DNA of 64,000 bases from the NCBI GenBank assembly GCA_035762085.1, contig DASTPT010000033.1:292-64291 (forward strand). The letters run 5' to 3'. The DNA comes from Actinomycetota bacterium. GTDB lineage: Bacteria > Actinomycetota > UBA4738 > HRBIN12. Both the position numbers and the translations under genes were made by a program. Of this stretch, positions 21,899-32,090 are shown piece by piece. Within the stretch, counting starts at the first letter, position 1. The number at the start of each line of letters is the position of its first letter. The notes under the pieces are model-generated. The model searched no databases. It was not told the DNA's origin and saw nothing but the letters and a program-made list of their open reading frames with translations.

Positions 21899-23157
21899 GA
21901 CGCCACCGTCGACACGGCGTGCCCGCGCTGACGCTCCTGGCGGGCGTCGTGGTCTCGTGCGGCTCGGTGGAGGCGTCGTTCCCCCGTTCGGAGCGCGCCG
22001 CCGCGACGTTCGAGCTCGCAGCCGTGGCCGCCGAGGCCTGCACGATCTCGGGCACCGGGGGCGACGACGTCCTGCGGGGCACGTCGCAGGGCGACACGCT
22101 GTGCGGGCTCGGCGGCCACGACGTCCTGATCGGGCGCGGAGGAGGCGACACGCTGATCGGCGGCCCGGGGAGCGACGGGCTCTACGGCGGCGGCGGCGCG
22201 GACTCGCTCGACGGCGGCGGCGACATCGACCTCCTCGACGGAGGGCCGCGCCGCGATGCCTTGGACGGTGGCGCCGGTGGCGACCGGTGCGACCCGAAGC
22301 AGCACGACCGCGCGACCAGCTGCTGGGGGCCCGGATCGTCCCCCGTGATCGCCGCGGCCGGCGACATCGTCTGCGCCCCGGGCGCCTCGCCCAGCGAGAC
22401 CGCGTGTCAGCACGAGGCGACGTCGAAGCTGCTCGCTCGGCGCGACCCCTGGCTCGTCCTCACGCTCGGCGATAACCAGTACGAGGACGGAGCCCTCGAG
22501 GACTTCCGGCGGTCCTACTCGGCGTCGTGGGGGCGCGTGAAGGCGATCACGCGACCCTCGGTCGGCAACCACGACTACCACGTCGCCGGCGCCGGGGACT
22601 ACTTCTCGTACTTCGGCCCGCCCGCGGGCCGGCGCGGCAGGGGGTACTTCAGCTTCGACGTCGGCGATTGGCACGTGGTCGCGCTCAACTCGAACTGCGG
22701 CGAGGTCGGCGGCTGCGAGAGGGGGTCGCGCCAGGAGAGGTGGCTCCGGCAGGACCTGGCCGCGCATCCATGGACGTGCACCCTCGCCTACTGGCACCAC
22801 CCGAGGTTCTCCTCGGGGCTCCACGGCAACAGCGCGGCCTCGGCCGCCTTCTGGCGGGCCCTGTACGACGCCGGCGCCGACGTCGTCCTGAACGGGCACG
22901 ACCACACGTACGAGCGGTTCGCACCGCAGGATCCGAGGCAACGCCCCGATGGCAACGGCATCCGGGAGTTCGTCGTCGGGACCGGTGGCCGGAACCTCTA
23001 CGCGTTCGGTGGTCCGGAGCCCAACAGCCAGGTCCGCAACAACCACACGTTCGGCGTGCTCGAGCTCACGCTGCGCGCCGACGGCTACGACTGGCGGTTC
23101 CTGCCCGCCGCGGGCGGCTCGTTCGAGGACTCGGGCAGCGACACGTGTAGCGCATGA
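21895..23157 (+). CDS. Lipoprotein: N-terminal RTX/hemolysin-type Ca-binding Gly-Asp repeats fused to a calcineurin-like metallophosphoesterase (purple-acid-phosphatase-like) domain.
   Basis: ATG overlaps the pcrA stop (ATGA). MRRHRRHGVPALTLLAGVVVSCGS. Repeats GGDDVLRGTSQGDTLCGLGGHDVLIGRGGGDTLIGGPGSDGLYGGGGADSLDGG. MPE motifs GDNQYEDG, GNHDY, VLNGHDHTYER. Confidence 0.75.
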   Translation: MRRHRRHGVPALTLLAGVVVSCGSVEASFPRSERAAATFELAAVAAEACTISGTGGDDVLRGTSQGDTLCGLGGHDVLIGRGGGDTLIGGPGSDGLYGGGGADSLDGGGDIDLLDGGPRRDALDGGAGGDRCDPKQHDRATSCWGPGSSPVIAAAGDIVCAPGASPSETACQHEATSKLLARRDPWLVLTLGDNQYEDGALEDFRRSYSASWGRVKAITRPSVGNHDYHVAGAGDYFSYFGPPAGRRGRGYFSFDVGDWHVVALNSNCGEVGGCERGSRQERWLRQDLAAHPWTCTLAYWHHPRFSSGLHGNSAASAAFWRALYDAGADVVLNGHDHTYERFAPQDPRQRPDGNGIREFVVGTGGRNLYAFGGPEPNSQVRNNHTFGVLELTLRADGYDWRFLPAAGGSFEDSGSDTCSA

Positions 23158-23861
23158 CGCCGCTGTTCGACCTCGCCCGCTCCGACTGCGAGCGCACGGG
23201 CGCGGGCCTGCTCGCCCAGCCGGTCAACACGGTCTCGAGCCTGACCTATCTGCTGGTGGGGCTGTGGATCCTCGGGCTCTCGGCCAGGTCCCCGGGTCGG
23301 CGGGTCGAGCTGGCGGTCTTCGGCGTGGCGGTCGCGCTGAACGCCGTCGGGGGCCTCGCGTTCCACGGCGTGCAGGCGTGGGGGGCGCGCTGGATCCACG
23401 ACGTCTCGATCGTCGCGGTGCTGGGGTTCGTCGTGGCGTTCGGCGTCGCCCGGCTCCTCGACCGCCCGACGCGGTGGACGATGACGGCCTTCGGGATCGG
23501 CCTGGCGGCGCTCGGCGCGGTGATCGCGCTGTGGCCGGGGACGGTGCAGGGGCTCTCGGGGGTGCTGGCCGTGGCCGCCGGCGCGACCGAGGTCGTCGAG
23601 TACCGGCACGAGATGCCCGGTCTCCGGCGCGAGGGCTTCTCGGCTCGCCGCCTCGCGCGGCTGTCGGTGCTGGCGGTGCTCGGTCTGGCCTCGGCGGCCT
23701 TCCTCGTCGGCCGGACCGACGCCTGGCTCTGCAACCCCGACAGCACGTTCCAGTGGCACGCGATCTGGCACGCGCTCTCGGCCGCGGCGATGGGGCTGTA
23801 CGCGTACGGTGCGATCGAGCCGCACCCGGCGCCGCCGGCTAGTGCAGCTCGAGCCGCCTGA
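23154..23861 (+). CDS. Polytopic membrane protein with conserved His in TM helices (ceramidase/PAQR-like fold is a guess).
   Basis: 235 aa. ATGA overlap with the upstream gene. Motifs AFHGVQAW and FQWHAIWHALSA. 6-7 TM segments. Confidence 0.5.
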   Translation: MTPLFDLARSDCERTGAGLLAQPVNTVSSLTYLLVGLWILGLSARSPGRRVELAVFGVAVALNAVGGLAFHGVQAWGARWIHDVSIVAVLGFVVAFGVARLLDRPTRWTMTAFGIGLAALGAVIALWPGTVQGLSGVLAVAAGATEVVEYRHEMPGLRREGFSARRLARLSVLAVLGLASAAFLVGRTDAWLCNPDSTFQWHAIWHALSAAAMGLYAYGAIEPHPAPPASAARAA

Positions 23862-24321
23862 GACCGCGCTCCTGGTCCCACGCGAGGGCGTGGCTCCTGC
23901 CCTCCCCGAACACCGTGTAGCCGGCCGAGGTCACCTCGACAGAGAAGCAGTGGTACTCGGGCTCGTCGGGAGCCCAGTCGATCCGGGCGCGGATCGCGTC
24001 TCGGAACGCAAGGCGGACGCCGGGATCCTGCTCGTCGACGACCCGCCCGTAGAGCTTGATGTCGCCGCCGGGGTTCATCCGGTCGCTCGGCGCGCTGTGC
24101 ACGACGACGCGAGGGTCCCGGAGCAGATCGAGCGCCTTCCTCGAGCGCCACATCATCGAGACGAACAGCCGGCCGGCCGCGAAGTCCGGCTCGTTCGGGC
24201 TGATCCGGGGCGAGCCGTCCCGGCGGAGCGTGCCGACGAGGACCACCTCGTCCTTCGCGAACCGGTCCCTCGCCAGCCCCGCGATCTCGGGGCACCCCCG
24301 CTCGAACGCGTCCCAGCGCAT
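23839..24321 (-). CDS. Pyridoxamine 5'-phosphate oxidase-family (FMN/F420-binding split-barrel) protein.
   Basis: 160 aa. EVVLVGTLRRDGSPRISP..., general PNPOx-like pattern. Confidence 0.55.
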   Translation of the reverse strand: MRWDAFERGCPEIAGLARDRFAKDEVVLVGTLRRDGSPRISPNEPDFAAGRLFVSMMWRSRKALDLLRDPRVVVHSAPSDRMNPGGDIKLYGRVVDEQDPGVRLAFRDAIRARIDWAPDEPEYHCFSVEVTSAGYTVFGEGRSHALAWDQERGLRRLELH

Positions 24322-24325
24322 CGGA

Positions 24326-25321
24326 TCACCCCGCGGGAACGGGGTCGGGCAGCGGGTCGTTCCGCTCGAACGCGGTGATGTTCGCGAGGGTCGTGTCGGC
24401 GATCTCGCGGAGCGCCTGCTCCGTGAAGAACCCCTGGTGGGCGGTGATCAGCACGTTCGGGAACGTCAGCAGCCGCATCAGGACGTCGTCGAGGATGATG
24501 CGCGCCGACAGGTCCTCGAAGAACAGGCCCGCCTCCTCCTCGTACACGTCGAGCCCGAGCGCGCCGATCCGCTCGGACTTCAGGCCCTCGATGACGGCGG
24601 CGGTGTCGACGAGCCCACCCCGGCTCGTGTTGATCAGGACGGTCCCGGGTTTCATCGTCCCGACCGCGCGGGCGTCGATCAGGTGGTGCGTCGCCGGCGT
24701 GAGCGGGCAGTGCAGCGAGATGACGTCCGAGGTGCGAAGCAGGTCGCCGCAGTCGACGTAGCCCACGCCCTCGGCTCGGAGCTCCTCGTTCGGCTTTGGA
24801 TCGAAGGCGATGACCCGGCAGCCGAACCCCAGCATGATGCGGGCGAACGCCCGGCCGATCGCCCCGGTGCCGACGACGCCGACCGTCCGCCCGTGCAGTC
24901 CGGCGCCGAGCAGGCCGTCGAGCGCGAAGTTGCCTTCGCGCACACGCACGTAGGCGCGGTGAACCTTGCGGTCGAGCGCCAGGATCAGGGCGGCGGCGTG
25001 CTCGGCGACGGCGTGCGGCGAGTACGCGGGGACGTGCGTCACCGCAAGGCCGAGCCGGGCGGCCGCCTGGACGTCGACGTGGGTGTAACCGGCCGAACGG
25101 AGCGCGAGCATCCGGGTGCCGCCGTCGGCGAGCCGCTGGATGACCTTGTCGCTCAGCTCGTCGTTCACGAACGGGCACAGGACGGGGAAGCCGTCGGCGA
25201 GCGAGACCGTCTCGAGCGTGAGCCGGGGCTCGAGGAACACCAGCTCGTGGCCGAACCGGGCGTTCGCGGCCCCGAGGAAGTCGACGTCGTGGCGCTTCGC
25301 GCTGAAGACCGCGACCCGCAT
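24326..25321 (-). CDS. ldhA: D-isomer-specific 2-hydroxyacid dehydrogenase (D-lactate dehydrogenase-like).
   Basis: 331 aa. GVVGTGAIGRAFARIMLGFGCRVIAFD Rossmann, catalytic R...E...H region (TSRGGLVD, ITAHQGFFT). Confidence 0.8.
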   Translation of the reverse strand: MRVAVFSAKRHDVDFLGAANARFGHELVFLEPRLTLETVSLADGFPVLCPFVNDELSDKVIQRLADGGTRMLALRSAGYTHVDVQAAARLGLAVTHVPAYSPHAVAEHAAALILALDRKVHRAYVRVREGNFALDGLLGAGLHGRTVGVVGTGAIGRAFARIMLGFGCRVIAFDPKPNEELRAEGVGYVDCGDLLRTSDVISLHCPLTPATHHLIDARAVGTMKPGTVLINTSRGGLVDTAAVIEGLKSERIGALGLDVYEEEAGLFFEDLSARIILDDVLMRLLTFPNVLITAHQGFFTEQALREIADTTLANITAFERNDPLPDPVPAG

Positions 25322-25326
25322 GGCGT

Positions 25327-25493
25327 CAGCGGAAGAGAGCGATGTAGCCGGCCACGACGATCACCACGCCCGCGACGATCGGCGCGATGACCCACGCCAG
25401 GCCGAGGCGCCCCCGGTAGGGGCCCAGCGTCCCGACCTTCGTCGTGGGCTTCAGCCCCGGCGGTCGGAACCGGACGCGCTTGTTCCCGAACAT
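25327..25493 (-). CDS. Putative 55-aa single-TM membrane protein (MFGNKRVRFRPPGLKPTTKVGTLGPYRGRLGLAWVIAPIVAGVVIVVAGYIALFR).
   Basis: Hand-translated, below the track cutoff. GGTGGGA upstream of the ATG. Ends 3 bp downstream of ldhA on the same strand. Confidence 0.35.
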
Positions 25494-25506
25494 CCCACCG
25501 AGTATC

Positions 25507-26844
25507 TCAGCCGACCACCCGATACAGGTGCCAGCGGTCGGGGACGCCCTTCAGTTCGTGCTCGCCGGCGTCCTCGAAGACCAGCCCCGAGCCCGCCACG
25601 AGGTCCTTGACGGTGCGCGATACCACGACCGTTGACGGGTTCGCTGTGGCGCAGATCCGCGCCCCGATGTGCACAGCGATCCCACGCACCGCGTCGCCGT
25701 CGACCTCGACCTCCCCCGTGTGCACGCCCGCCCGGATCTCGATCCCAAGGTCGCGGACGGCGTCCGCGATCGCTCGGGCGCACTGGACCGCTCGTGCCGG
25801 TCCGTCGAAGGTGGCGAGGAACCCGTCGCCGGCGGTGTCGATCTCGCGCCCCCGGTGCCTCGCGAGCTCGCCTCGTGCCCTCGCGTGATGTGCAGCGAGC
25901 AACTCCTTCCAGGCACGGTCCCCGAGCGCTGCGGCCTGCTCGGTCGAGCCCACGATGTCGGTGAACAGGACCGTGGTCAAGATCCGGTCCGCGTGCTCGC
26001 GGGGGTGGAGTCGGGAGACGAACCCGCGGACAGCTGCCATGAACGCCTCGTGGGTCTCGTCGTCGACCCACGTGAACTCGCCGCGCATGCTCGAGAGCTC
26101 GCGGAGCTCGGCGCGGCGGATGTGGCGGGCCACGAACTCGGCCGGCCCCCGCGCGTCGGGGGAGAACAGGACGAGCGTCGGAACGCGGACCGCGGGGAGC
26201 ACGTCCGAGACGTCGGCTTCCATCGACATCCGGTAGAAGGCCATCGCGGCACCGGGGGACAGGCTCCGACGCATGTGGACGACGAACCAATCGCGGAACG
26301 CCTCGTCATCGGCGACGCCCGGAGCCTGCGTCCTCAGCAGCTCGTGGAAATACGATCGCTCACCCCAGCGCTCCCGGACCTCTCGGAGTGTCTCGCGCCA
26401 CTCGGCCTCGGATGGGGCCCACGGGTAGTCGGGAGTGGGGCGTCCCTTGACGGAAGGCTTGAGCAGGATGAGCCCCGACGTCCGCTCGGGATAGGTGGCC
26501 GCGAAGAGGGTCGTGATCCGGCTTCCCTCCATCCCGCTCCACAGGACCGCGTGCTCCGAGCCGACCGCATCCATCACCGCCCGGACGTCGTCCATCCGGG
26601 TCTCGAGCGTCGGCACCCCGCCGACTCGGTCGGACAGGCCGGTGCCGCGCTTGTCGAGCATCAGGAGCCTGCCATCCTCGGCGAGCCCGAGAACATGGCG
26701 GACGAGGAGCGGCTGGTCCCACGTCGACAAGAGGTCGCCGGTGATCCCCCGGACGAACACGAGGTCGATCGGACCGTCCCCCACCACCTGATAGGCGATG
26801 CTGACCTCGCCGCTCCGGGCGTAGTGGACCTCGGGGACCTCCAT
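25507..26844 (-). CDS. Alpha/beta-hydrolase fused to class III adenylyl/guanylyl cyclase catalytic domain (LipJ/Rv1900c-like), copy 1.
   Basis: 445 aa. N-terminal hydrolase fold (MLDKRGTGLSD, HAVLWSGMEGS). C-terminal cyclase VLFTDIVGSTE...EIDTAGDGFLATF...GVHTGEVEV...AVHIGARI. Confidence 0.8.
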   Translation of the reverse strand: MEVPEVHYARSGEVSIAYQVVGDGPIDLVFVRGITGDLLSTWDQPLLVRHVLGLAEDGRLLMLDKRGTGLSDRVGGVPTLETRMDDVRAVMDAVGSEHAVLWSGMEGSRITTLFAATYPERTSGLILLKPSVKGRPTPDYPWAPSEAEWRETLREVRERWGERSYFHELLRTQAPGVADDEAFRDWFVVHMRRSLSPGAAMAFYRMSMEADVSDVLPAVRVPTLVLFSPDARGPAEFVARHIRRAELRELSSMRGEFTWVDDETHEAFMAAVRGFVSRLHPREHADRILTTVLFTDIVGSTEQAAALGDRAWKELLAAHHARARGELARHRGREIDTAGDGFLATFDGPARAVQCARAIADAVRDLGIEIRAGVHTGEVEVDGDAVRGIAVHIGARICATANPSTVVVSRTVKDLVAGSGLVFEDAGEHELKGVPDRWHLYRVVG

Positions 26845-26845
26845 G

Positions 26846-28213
26846 TCAGGCCACCACCCGGTAGAGACGCCAGCGGTCGGGCACGCCCTTCAGCTCGTGC
26901 TCGCCCGCGTCCTCGAAGGCGAGGCCGGAGCCCACCGTCAGGTCCTTCACCGTCGAGGAGACGAGCACCTCCGACGGTCGGGCGAGTCCGCCGATCCTCG
27001 AACCGATCACGACCGCGACGCCCCCGGCCTTGCCCGCGATCGTCTCGACTTCGCCCGTGTGGACGCCCGCCCGCACCTGCACCCCGAGCGACCGAACCGC
27101 GTCGGCGACCGACTGGGCGCACCGCACCGCCCTCGCCGGACCGTCGAACGTGGCGAAGAAGCCGTCGCCCGCCGTGTCCACCTCGATGCCCCGGTACCGG
27201 CTGAGGAACGAGCGGACGATCGCGTGATGCCGCTCCACGACGTCGCCCCAGCCTCGGTCGCCCAGCTCCGATGCCCTGGCCGTCGAGTCGACGATGTCCG
27301 TGAAGAGCACGGTCGCGAGCACGCGGTCGAGGGCGAGCTGCTCGGTCGCGAGCTCATCGACGAATGCCCGGATCTCCTCCACGACCTGGTCCTGTCTGCC
27401 GGGAGAGACCGGTGCCCAGTCGCCCGGCGGAAGGATCACGAGTCGGGAGGAGCCGACCATCCGCTCGGTGACGTCCCGCGCCTGCAGGACGACGTGCGAG
27501 TCCTCGCCCGGGTCGTGGCTCAGCACGGGACAGATGAGCAGGGTCGGTACGCTCACCGCGGGGAGGATCGCTCGCGCATCCGTCTCGTACCACATCTGCT
27601 CGAAGCGGACCGCCTCGCCCGGCGACATCGAGTACCGGAAGTACTTCGCGGCCCAGGCGACCCACTCCTCGTCGTCGGCGACCGAGGAGATGTCACCCCG
27701 AAGGAGCTCCTTCGCATACGCGTGGGTGCCCCAGGTGGTTCGGAACAACTCGACCGCCCGAGCCTCCTCCTCTGAGGGCCAGCCCCACGGGTAGTCGGGT
27801 GCCCAGGCCGTCCTCGCGTACGGTCCGATCCACACGAGACCCATCGTCCGGTCCGGGTACGTCGCCGCGAAGAACGAGGCCAGCGCCCCGCCCTCGCCCT
27901 CGCCGATCAGGACCACGCGCTCGGAGCCGACCGCGTCGAGGACCGCCCGCAGGTCGTCGGTACGGGTCTCGAGATCGGAGAGCGGCGACGCACGCTCGGA
28001 GAGCCCGCTCCCACGCTTGTCGAACCGGATCAGGCGTCCGATCGACGCGAGGTTCCGGTTGTACCTCGCCGCCCATGAGAGCTCGAGCTCGACCTCCACG
28101 TGCGTCGCGTAGCCACCGACGTACGCGATGTCGGGCGTTCCCTCGCCGACGGTCTGGTAGGCGATGTGCACCCCGTCGCGGGTGATCGCGTAGCGCGTGT
28201 CGGGGAGCTGCAT
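26846..28213 (-). CDS. Alpha/beta-hydrolase-class III cyclase fusion (LipJ-like), copy 2, tandem paralog.
   Basis: Internal [44 protein letters not shown]; cyclase [11 protein letters not shown]...[13 protein letters not shown]...GVHTGEVE. 1-nt gap to copy 1. Confidence 0.8.
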   Translation of the reverse strand: MQLPDTRYAITRDGVHIAYQTVGEGTPDIAYVGGYATHVEVELELSWAARYNRNLASIGRLIRFDKRGSGLSERASPLSDLETRTDDLRAVLDAVGSERVVLIGEGEGGALASFFAATYPDRTMGLVWIGPYARTAWAPDYPWGWPSEEEARAVELFRTTWGTHAYAKELLRGDISSVADDEEWVAWAAKYFRYSMSPGEAVRFEQMWYETDARAILPAVSVPTLLICPVLSHDPGEDSHVVLQARDVTERMVGSSRLVILPPGDWAPVSPGRQDQVVEEIRAFVDELATEQLALDRVLATVLFTDIVDSTARASELGDRGWGDVVERHHAIVRSFLSRYRGIEVDTAGDGFFATFDGPARAVRCAQSVADAVRSLGVQVRAGVHTGEVETIAGKAGGVAVVIGSRIGGLARPSEVLVSSTVKDLTVGSGLAFEDAGEHELKGVPDRWRLYRVVA

Positions 28214-28230
28214 CCGCGTATCCTCCGCCG

Positions 28231-28242
28231 GGCCGTACGGCC
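28231..28242. promoter_or_regulatory. Perfect 12-bp palindrome GGCCGTACGGCC in the divergent region between LipJ-like copy 2 and the B12-binding-subunit gene, followed by a TAGACT hexamer ~10 nt before the ATG.
   Basis: Read directly from the sequence. Confidence 0.35.
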
Positions 28243-28285
28243 GTCGCAAGGGGGTCGGAGCCCCTCGGCTAGACTGGGCCGCGCC

Positions 28286-28690
28286 ATGGCAGCCAAGCAC
28301 CGCATCGTGATCGCGAAGCCCGGCCTCGACGGGCACGACCGAGGGGCGAAGATCGTCGCCCGGGCGCTGCGCGACGCCGGGTTCGAGGTCATCTACACCG
28401 GGCTGCACCAGACGCCGGAGCAGATCGTCGAGACCGCGATCCAGGAGGACGCGGACGCGGTCGGGCTGTCCCTACACTCGGGCGCGCATATGACGCTGTT
28501 CCCGAGGGTCGTGGCCGGCCTGCGAGAGCACGGCGTCGGCGAGGTGATCGTGTTCGGCGGCGGGATCATCCCGAAGGACGACGTGGCGAAGCTCGCCGAC
28601 GTCGGCGTCGAGCGCATCTTCACCCCGGGCGCGTCGACGCAGGAGATCGTCGACTGGCTCCGCGAGCGGCTCTCCGGTGTGGGGGCCTGA
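28286..28690 (+). CDS. Methylmalonyl-CoA-mutase-type cobalamin-binding small subunit (B12-binding domain protein).
   Basis: [39 protein letters not shown] (DxHxxG B12 motif)...GGGIIPKDD. Confidence 0.85.
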   Translation: MAAKHRIVIAKPGLDGHDRGAKIVARALRDAGFEVIYTGLHQTPEQIVETAIQEDADAVGLSLHSGAHMTLFPRVVAGLREHGVGEVIVFGGGIIPKDDVAKLADVGVERIFTPGASTQEIVDWLRERLSGVGA

Positions 28691-29836
28691 GTGGACCTGT
28701 ACGAGTATCAGGGCAAGGAGCTGTTCAAACGGCACGGGATCCCCGTGCCGCGGTTCATCATCGCCGAGAACGCGGAGTCGGCGCGCGCGGCGACCGAGAT
28801 CCTCGGCGGGCGCTCGGTCGTGAAGGTCCAGGTGCAGGTCGGCGGTCGCGGCAAGGGCGGCGGGGTCGTCCTGGCCGACACGCCCGACGAGGCCGAAGCG
28901 GCGGCCGAGCGAATGTTGCGCGAAGGCTTCCAGGGGCACCGAGTGAACCGCGTGCTCGTCGAGGAGCGCCTGTCGATCGGGCGCGAGTTCTACGCCGCGA
29001 TGCTGCTGGATCGCTCGACCGGCACGGATCTCGCGATGGTCGCGGCCGAGGGTGGGATCGACATCGAGGAGCTGGCGCGCACCCGCCCCGAGGCCCTGCG
29101 GCGGCTCCACATCGACCCCGAGATCGGGATCCATCCGTACCACCTGCGCGCGCTGACGGGCGCCCTGCCGTCGGAGGCGCGGGACCTCGTCGAGAACATC
29201 CTCGCCGGCCTGTACGACGTCCTCGTGAAGGAGGACGCGACGCTGGTCGAGGTCAACCCGCTCGTGCTCCTGACCGACGGGCGCGTGTTCGCCCTCGACG
29301 CGAAGGTGACGGTCGACGACAACGCGCTGTGGCGCCAGCCCGAGATCGAGATGCTCCGGACGGTCTTCCCGATCAACCGGCTGGAGTTCCTCGCGCGCGA
29401 AGCCGGCCTCCAGTACGTGAAGCTCGACGGGCAGGTCGGGATCATCGGCAACGGCGCCGGACTCGTGATGTCCACGCTCGACGTCGTGCAGCAGGCCGGA
29501 GCGGGTGCGGCGAACTTCCTGGACGTGGGCGGTGGCGCCAGCGCGGACGCGATCGCCACCTCGCTCGAGGTCATCCTGTCCGACCCGAACGTTCGGTCGG
29601 TGCTCGTGAACATCTTCGGCGGCATCACGCGATGCGACCTGGTCGCGCACGGCCTGCTCGAGGCGCTCGAGCGCGTCCAGCCCACGGTCCAGATCGTGGT
29701 CCGGCTCGACGGGACGAACGCCGAGGAGGGCCGCAGGATCCTCGAGGACGCCGCGCATCCGCGGATCGTCGTCGCCGGAACGATGCTCGAGGCCGCGCAG
29801 CGGGCGGCCGAGCTCGCGACGGGGGTGACGGCGTAG
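28691..29836 (+). CDS. sucC: Succinyl-CoA synthetase beta subunit.
   Basis: 381 aa. [23 protein letters not shown]-grasp, [15 protein letters not shown]. Confidence 0.95.
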   Translation: MDLYEYQGKELFKRHGIPVPRFIIAENAESARAATEILGGRSVVKVQVQVGGRGKGGGVVLADTPDEAEAAAERMLREGFQGHRVNRVLVEERLSIGREFYAAMLLDRSTGTDLAMVAAEGGIDIEELARTRPEALRRLHIDPEIGIHPYHLRALTGALPSEARDLVENILAGLYDVLVKEDATLVEVNPLVLLTDGRVFALDAKVTVDDNALWRQPEIEMLRTVFPINRLEFLAREAGLQYVKLDGQVGIIGNGAGLVMSTLDVVQQAGAGAANFLDVGGGASADAIATSLEVILSDPNVRSVLVNIFGGITRCDLVAHGLLEALERVQPTVQIVVRLDGTNAEEGRRILEDAAHPRIVVAGTMLEAAQRAAELATGVTA

Positions 29837-30720
29837 TGGCGATCCTGGTGGATGGGTCGACGAAGGTCGTGGTCTCGGGTCTGACCGGCCGGGAGGGCAG
29901 GTTCCACGCGCTCCGGAACCGCGCCTACGGGACGAAGGTCGTCGCCGGCGTGACGCCGGGCAAGGCCGGCCAGGACGTCGAGGGCATCCCGGTGTTCGAC
30001 ACCATCGCCGACGCCGTGGCCGAGACCGACGCGAACACCTCGCTGATCTTCGTGCCGCCGCGCTTCGCGACGGAGGCCATCCTCGAGGCCGCCGACTCCG
30101 AGCTCGACCTCATCGTGTGCATCACCGAGGGGATCCCGGTCCGCGACATGGCGCGGACGGCGAGCTACCTGAGGGGGAAGCCGTCCTCGCTCGTCGGCCC
30201 GAACTGCCCGGGCGTGATCAGCCCTGGCAAGGCGAACGTGGGCATCATCCCCGGCGAGATCTGCGCTCCCGGGCGCGTCGGGCTGGTCTCGCGGAGCGGG
30301 ACCCTCACGTACCAGATCGTGCACGAGCTGACGCAGCGGGGGATCGGCCAGTCCACGTGCGTCGGCATGGGCGGCGACCCCGTTCACGGAATGGGGTTCC
30401 TCGAGTCGCTCGCGCTGTTCAACTTCGACCCGGCGACCGACCTGGTCGTGATGATCGGCGAGATCGGCGGCGACGACGAGGAGCGCGCGGCCGAGTACAT
30501 CGCGCAGGAGATGACGAAGCCGGTCGTCGCGTACATCGCCGGCTTCACGGCGCCGCCCGGGAAGCGGATGGGGCACGCGGGCGCGATCGTCACCGGCTCG
30601 CGCGGCACGGCGCGGGCGAAGGCCGAGGCGCTCGAGGCGGCCGACGTCCCGGTCGGCCGGACGCCCACCGAGGTCGCCGGGCTCGTCGAGTCCCGGCTGT
30701 CGGAGACCGCCACGCCGTGA
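29836..30720 (+). CDS. sucD: Succinyl-CoA synthetase alpha subunit.
   Basis: GTG overlapping the sucC stop. [30 protein letters not shown], catalytic His region GHAGAIV. Confidence 0.93.
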   Translation: MAILVDGSTKVVVSGLTGREGRFHALRNRAYGTKVVAGVTPGKAGQDVEGIPVFDTIADAVAETDANTSLIFVPPRFATEAILEAADSELDLIVCITEGIPVRDMARTASYLRGKPSSLVGPNCPGVISPGKANVGIIPGEICAPGRVGLVSRSGTLTYQIVHELTQRGIGQSTCVGMGGDPVHGMGFLESLALFNFDPATDLVVMIGEIGGDDEERAAEYIAQEMTKPVVAYIAGFTAPPGKRMGHAGAIVTGSRGTARAKAEALEAADVPVGRTPTEVAGLVESRLSETATP

Positions 30721-32090
30721 CGGCCTCGGCGGCGGGGCCCGGCTCGGTCCGGTCCCGGATCGTCGTCGGATGGGGGAGGGCGAGCCTGCAAGGTCTCCTC
30801 GCGTTCGCCGCACTCGCCGGCCTCTCGTGCGTCGCCGCGGTCGGCGTGTACCTCCTGGACCTGCCGGGACTCTCGCTCGGCGAGGCGTTCAGGATCGGCG
30901 GACTGTATCTGGCGGTCTTCCATCGCGTGCCGATCCGGTTCTCGGCCGCGGAGTCGGCGCTCGGCGGCCTGGTGGATGCTCCCGTGGGCGCCGACGCCGC
31001 GCGGCTCCAGGCCGAGGTCGCGTTCGCGCCGCTCGCCGCGACCGCGCTCGCGGCCTGGCTCCTGTGGAGGGCCGGCCGCGCGGTGGCGACGGTTGTCGGA
31101 GGCGGTCCGCTCCAGCGGGCTCTGCACGGTGCCAAGGTCGCTCCCGCGTACGCGGCGGCGGTCTTCCTCGCTTCGCTCCCGTCCCGCGTCGGCGTCTCGC
31201 GGGTCGAGGCCGTCACCTCGGGCGTGCTCGATGTGCGCCCCTCGGCGCCGCAGGCGTTCCTGCTGCCGCTGGCGCTGGCCGCGCTGGCCGGCGCCGGGGG
31301 CGGATGGTGGACCGCGTCCGAGGAGCCGGAGAGCCGACGGCTGCGGGGCCTGCTCGCGGGGGGTTGGACGATGCTCGTCGTCGGGATCGGGCTCGCGTAC
31401 GCCGGGCTGGTCGTGGCAGGGGTCGTCCGGCCCGACGGTCCCGAGGCGGTCCTCACGCCGACGACGGGCGGCTACTACCGCGCCGTCTTCGACCGTCCGG
31501 ACGTGGGAGCCGTCGTGCTCGTGCATCACCTCGCCGTCGCGCCGAACGAGGGGGCATGGGCGCTCACGCCCGCGATGGGCGGGTGCATCGGCGTCCTCCG
31601 GGATCGCGACGTCGCGGACCCGTTCCTGTGCTACGGACGCTTCCCGCTCGAGACGCCTCTCGGTACGCCGCCTCCCAGCTCGTGGCTGCAACCGAGCGAG
31701 TGGGTCCGGTTCGGCGACGCCCCCGCCGCATACTTCCTCTTCCTGATCGCGCCGGCGGCCGCCACGCTCGCGGGCGGTTGGCGGGCGGTGTCCTCGATCG
31801 GGGACGTGGACGGCTCGATCCCCCGCGCGCTGGTGCTCGGCGCGGGGGCCGGTGTCGTGTTCTCGGCGCTCCTGGCCGTCGTGAGCTGGGCCGGATCCGC
31901 CTCGGCGTGGGGGTCCCTCACGGTGGGGCTGGCGACGGACGAGGGTGCGGTGCGCATCGGCCCGGACCTGCGCGCGACCGTCCTGCTCTCGCTCGTGTGG
32001 GGCGTCGTGGGAGGCGCGCTCGGCGCGGCGTTCAGGGCAGGTCCACCGAGGTGGACAGGAGTCCCGCCAGAAGCGCGACGGCCAAGCTGA
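30717..32090 (+). CDS. Hypothetical polytopic membrane protein (Ala/Gly/Leu-rich, >=8 TM).
   Basis: GTG overlaps the sucD stop. No recognisable domain. Last 59 nt overlap the convergent downstream gene. Confidence 0.45.
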   Translation: MTASAAGPGSVRSRIVVGWGRASLQGLLAFAALAGLSCVAAVGVYLLDLPGLSLGEAFRIGGLYLAVFHRVPIRFSAAESALGGLVDAPVGADAARLQAEVAFAPLAATALAAWLLWRAGRAVATVVGGGPLQRALHGAKVAPAYAAAVFLASLPSRVGVSRVEAVTSGVLDVRPSAPQAFLLPLALAALAGAGGGWWTASEEPESRRLRGLLAGGWTMLVVGIGLAYAGLVVAGVVRPDGPEAVLTPTTGGYYRAVFDRPDVGAVVLVHHLAVAPNEGAWALTPAMGGCIGVLRDRDVADPFLCYGRFPLETPLGTPPPSSWLQPSEWVRFGDAPAAYFLFLIAPAAATLAGGWRAVSSIGDVDGSIPRALVLGAGAGVVFSALLAVVSWAGSASAWGSLTVGLATDEGAVRIGPDLRATVLLSLVWGVVGGALGAAFRAGPPRWTGVPPEARRPS

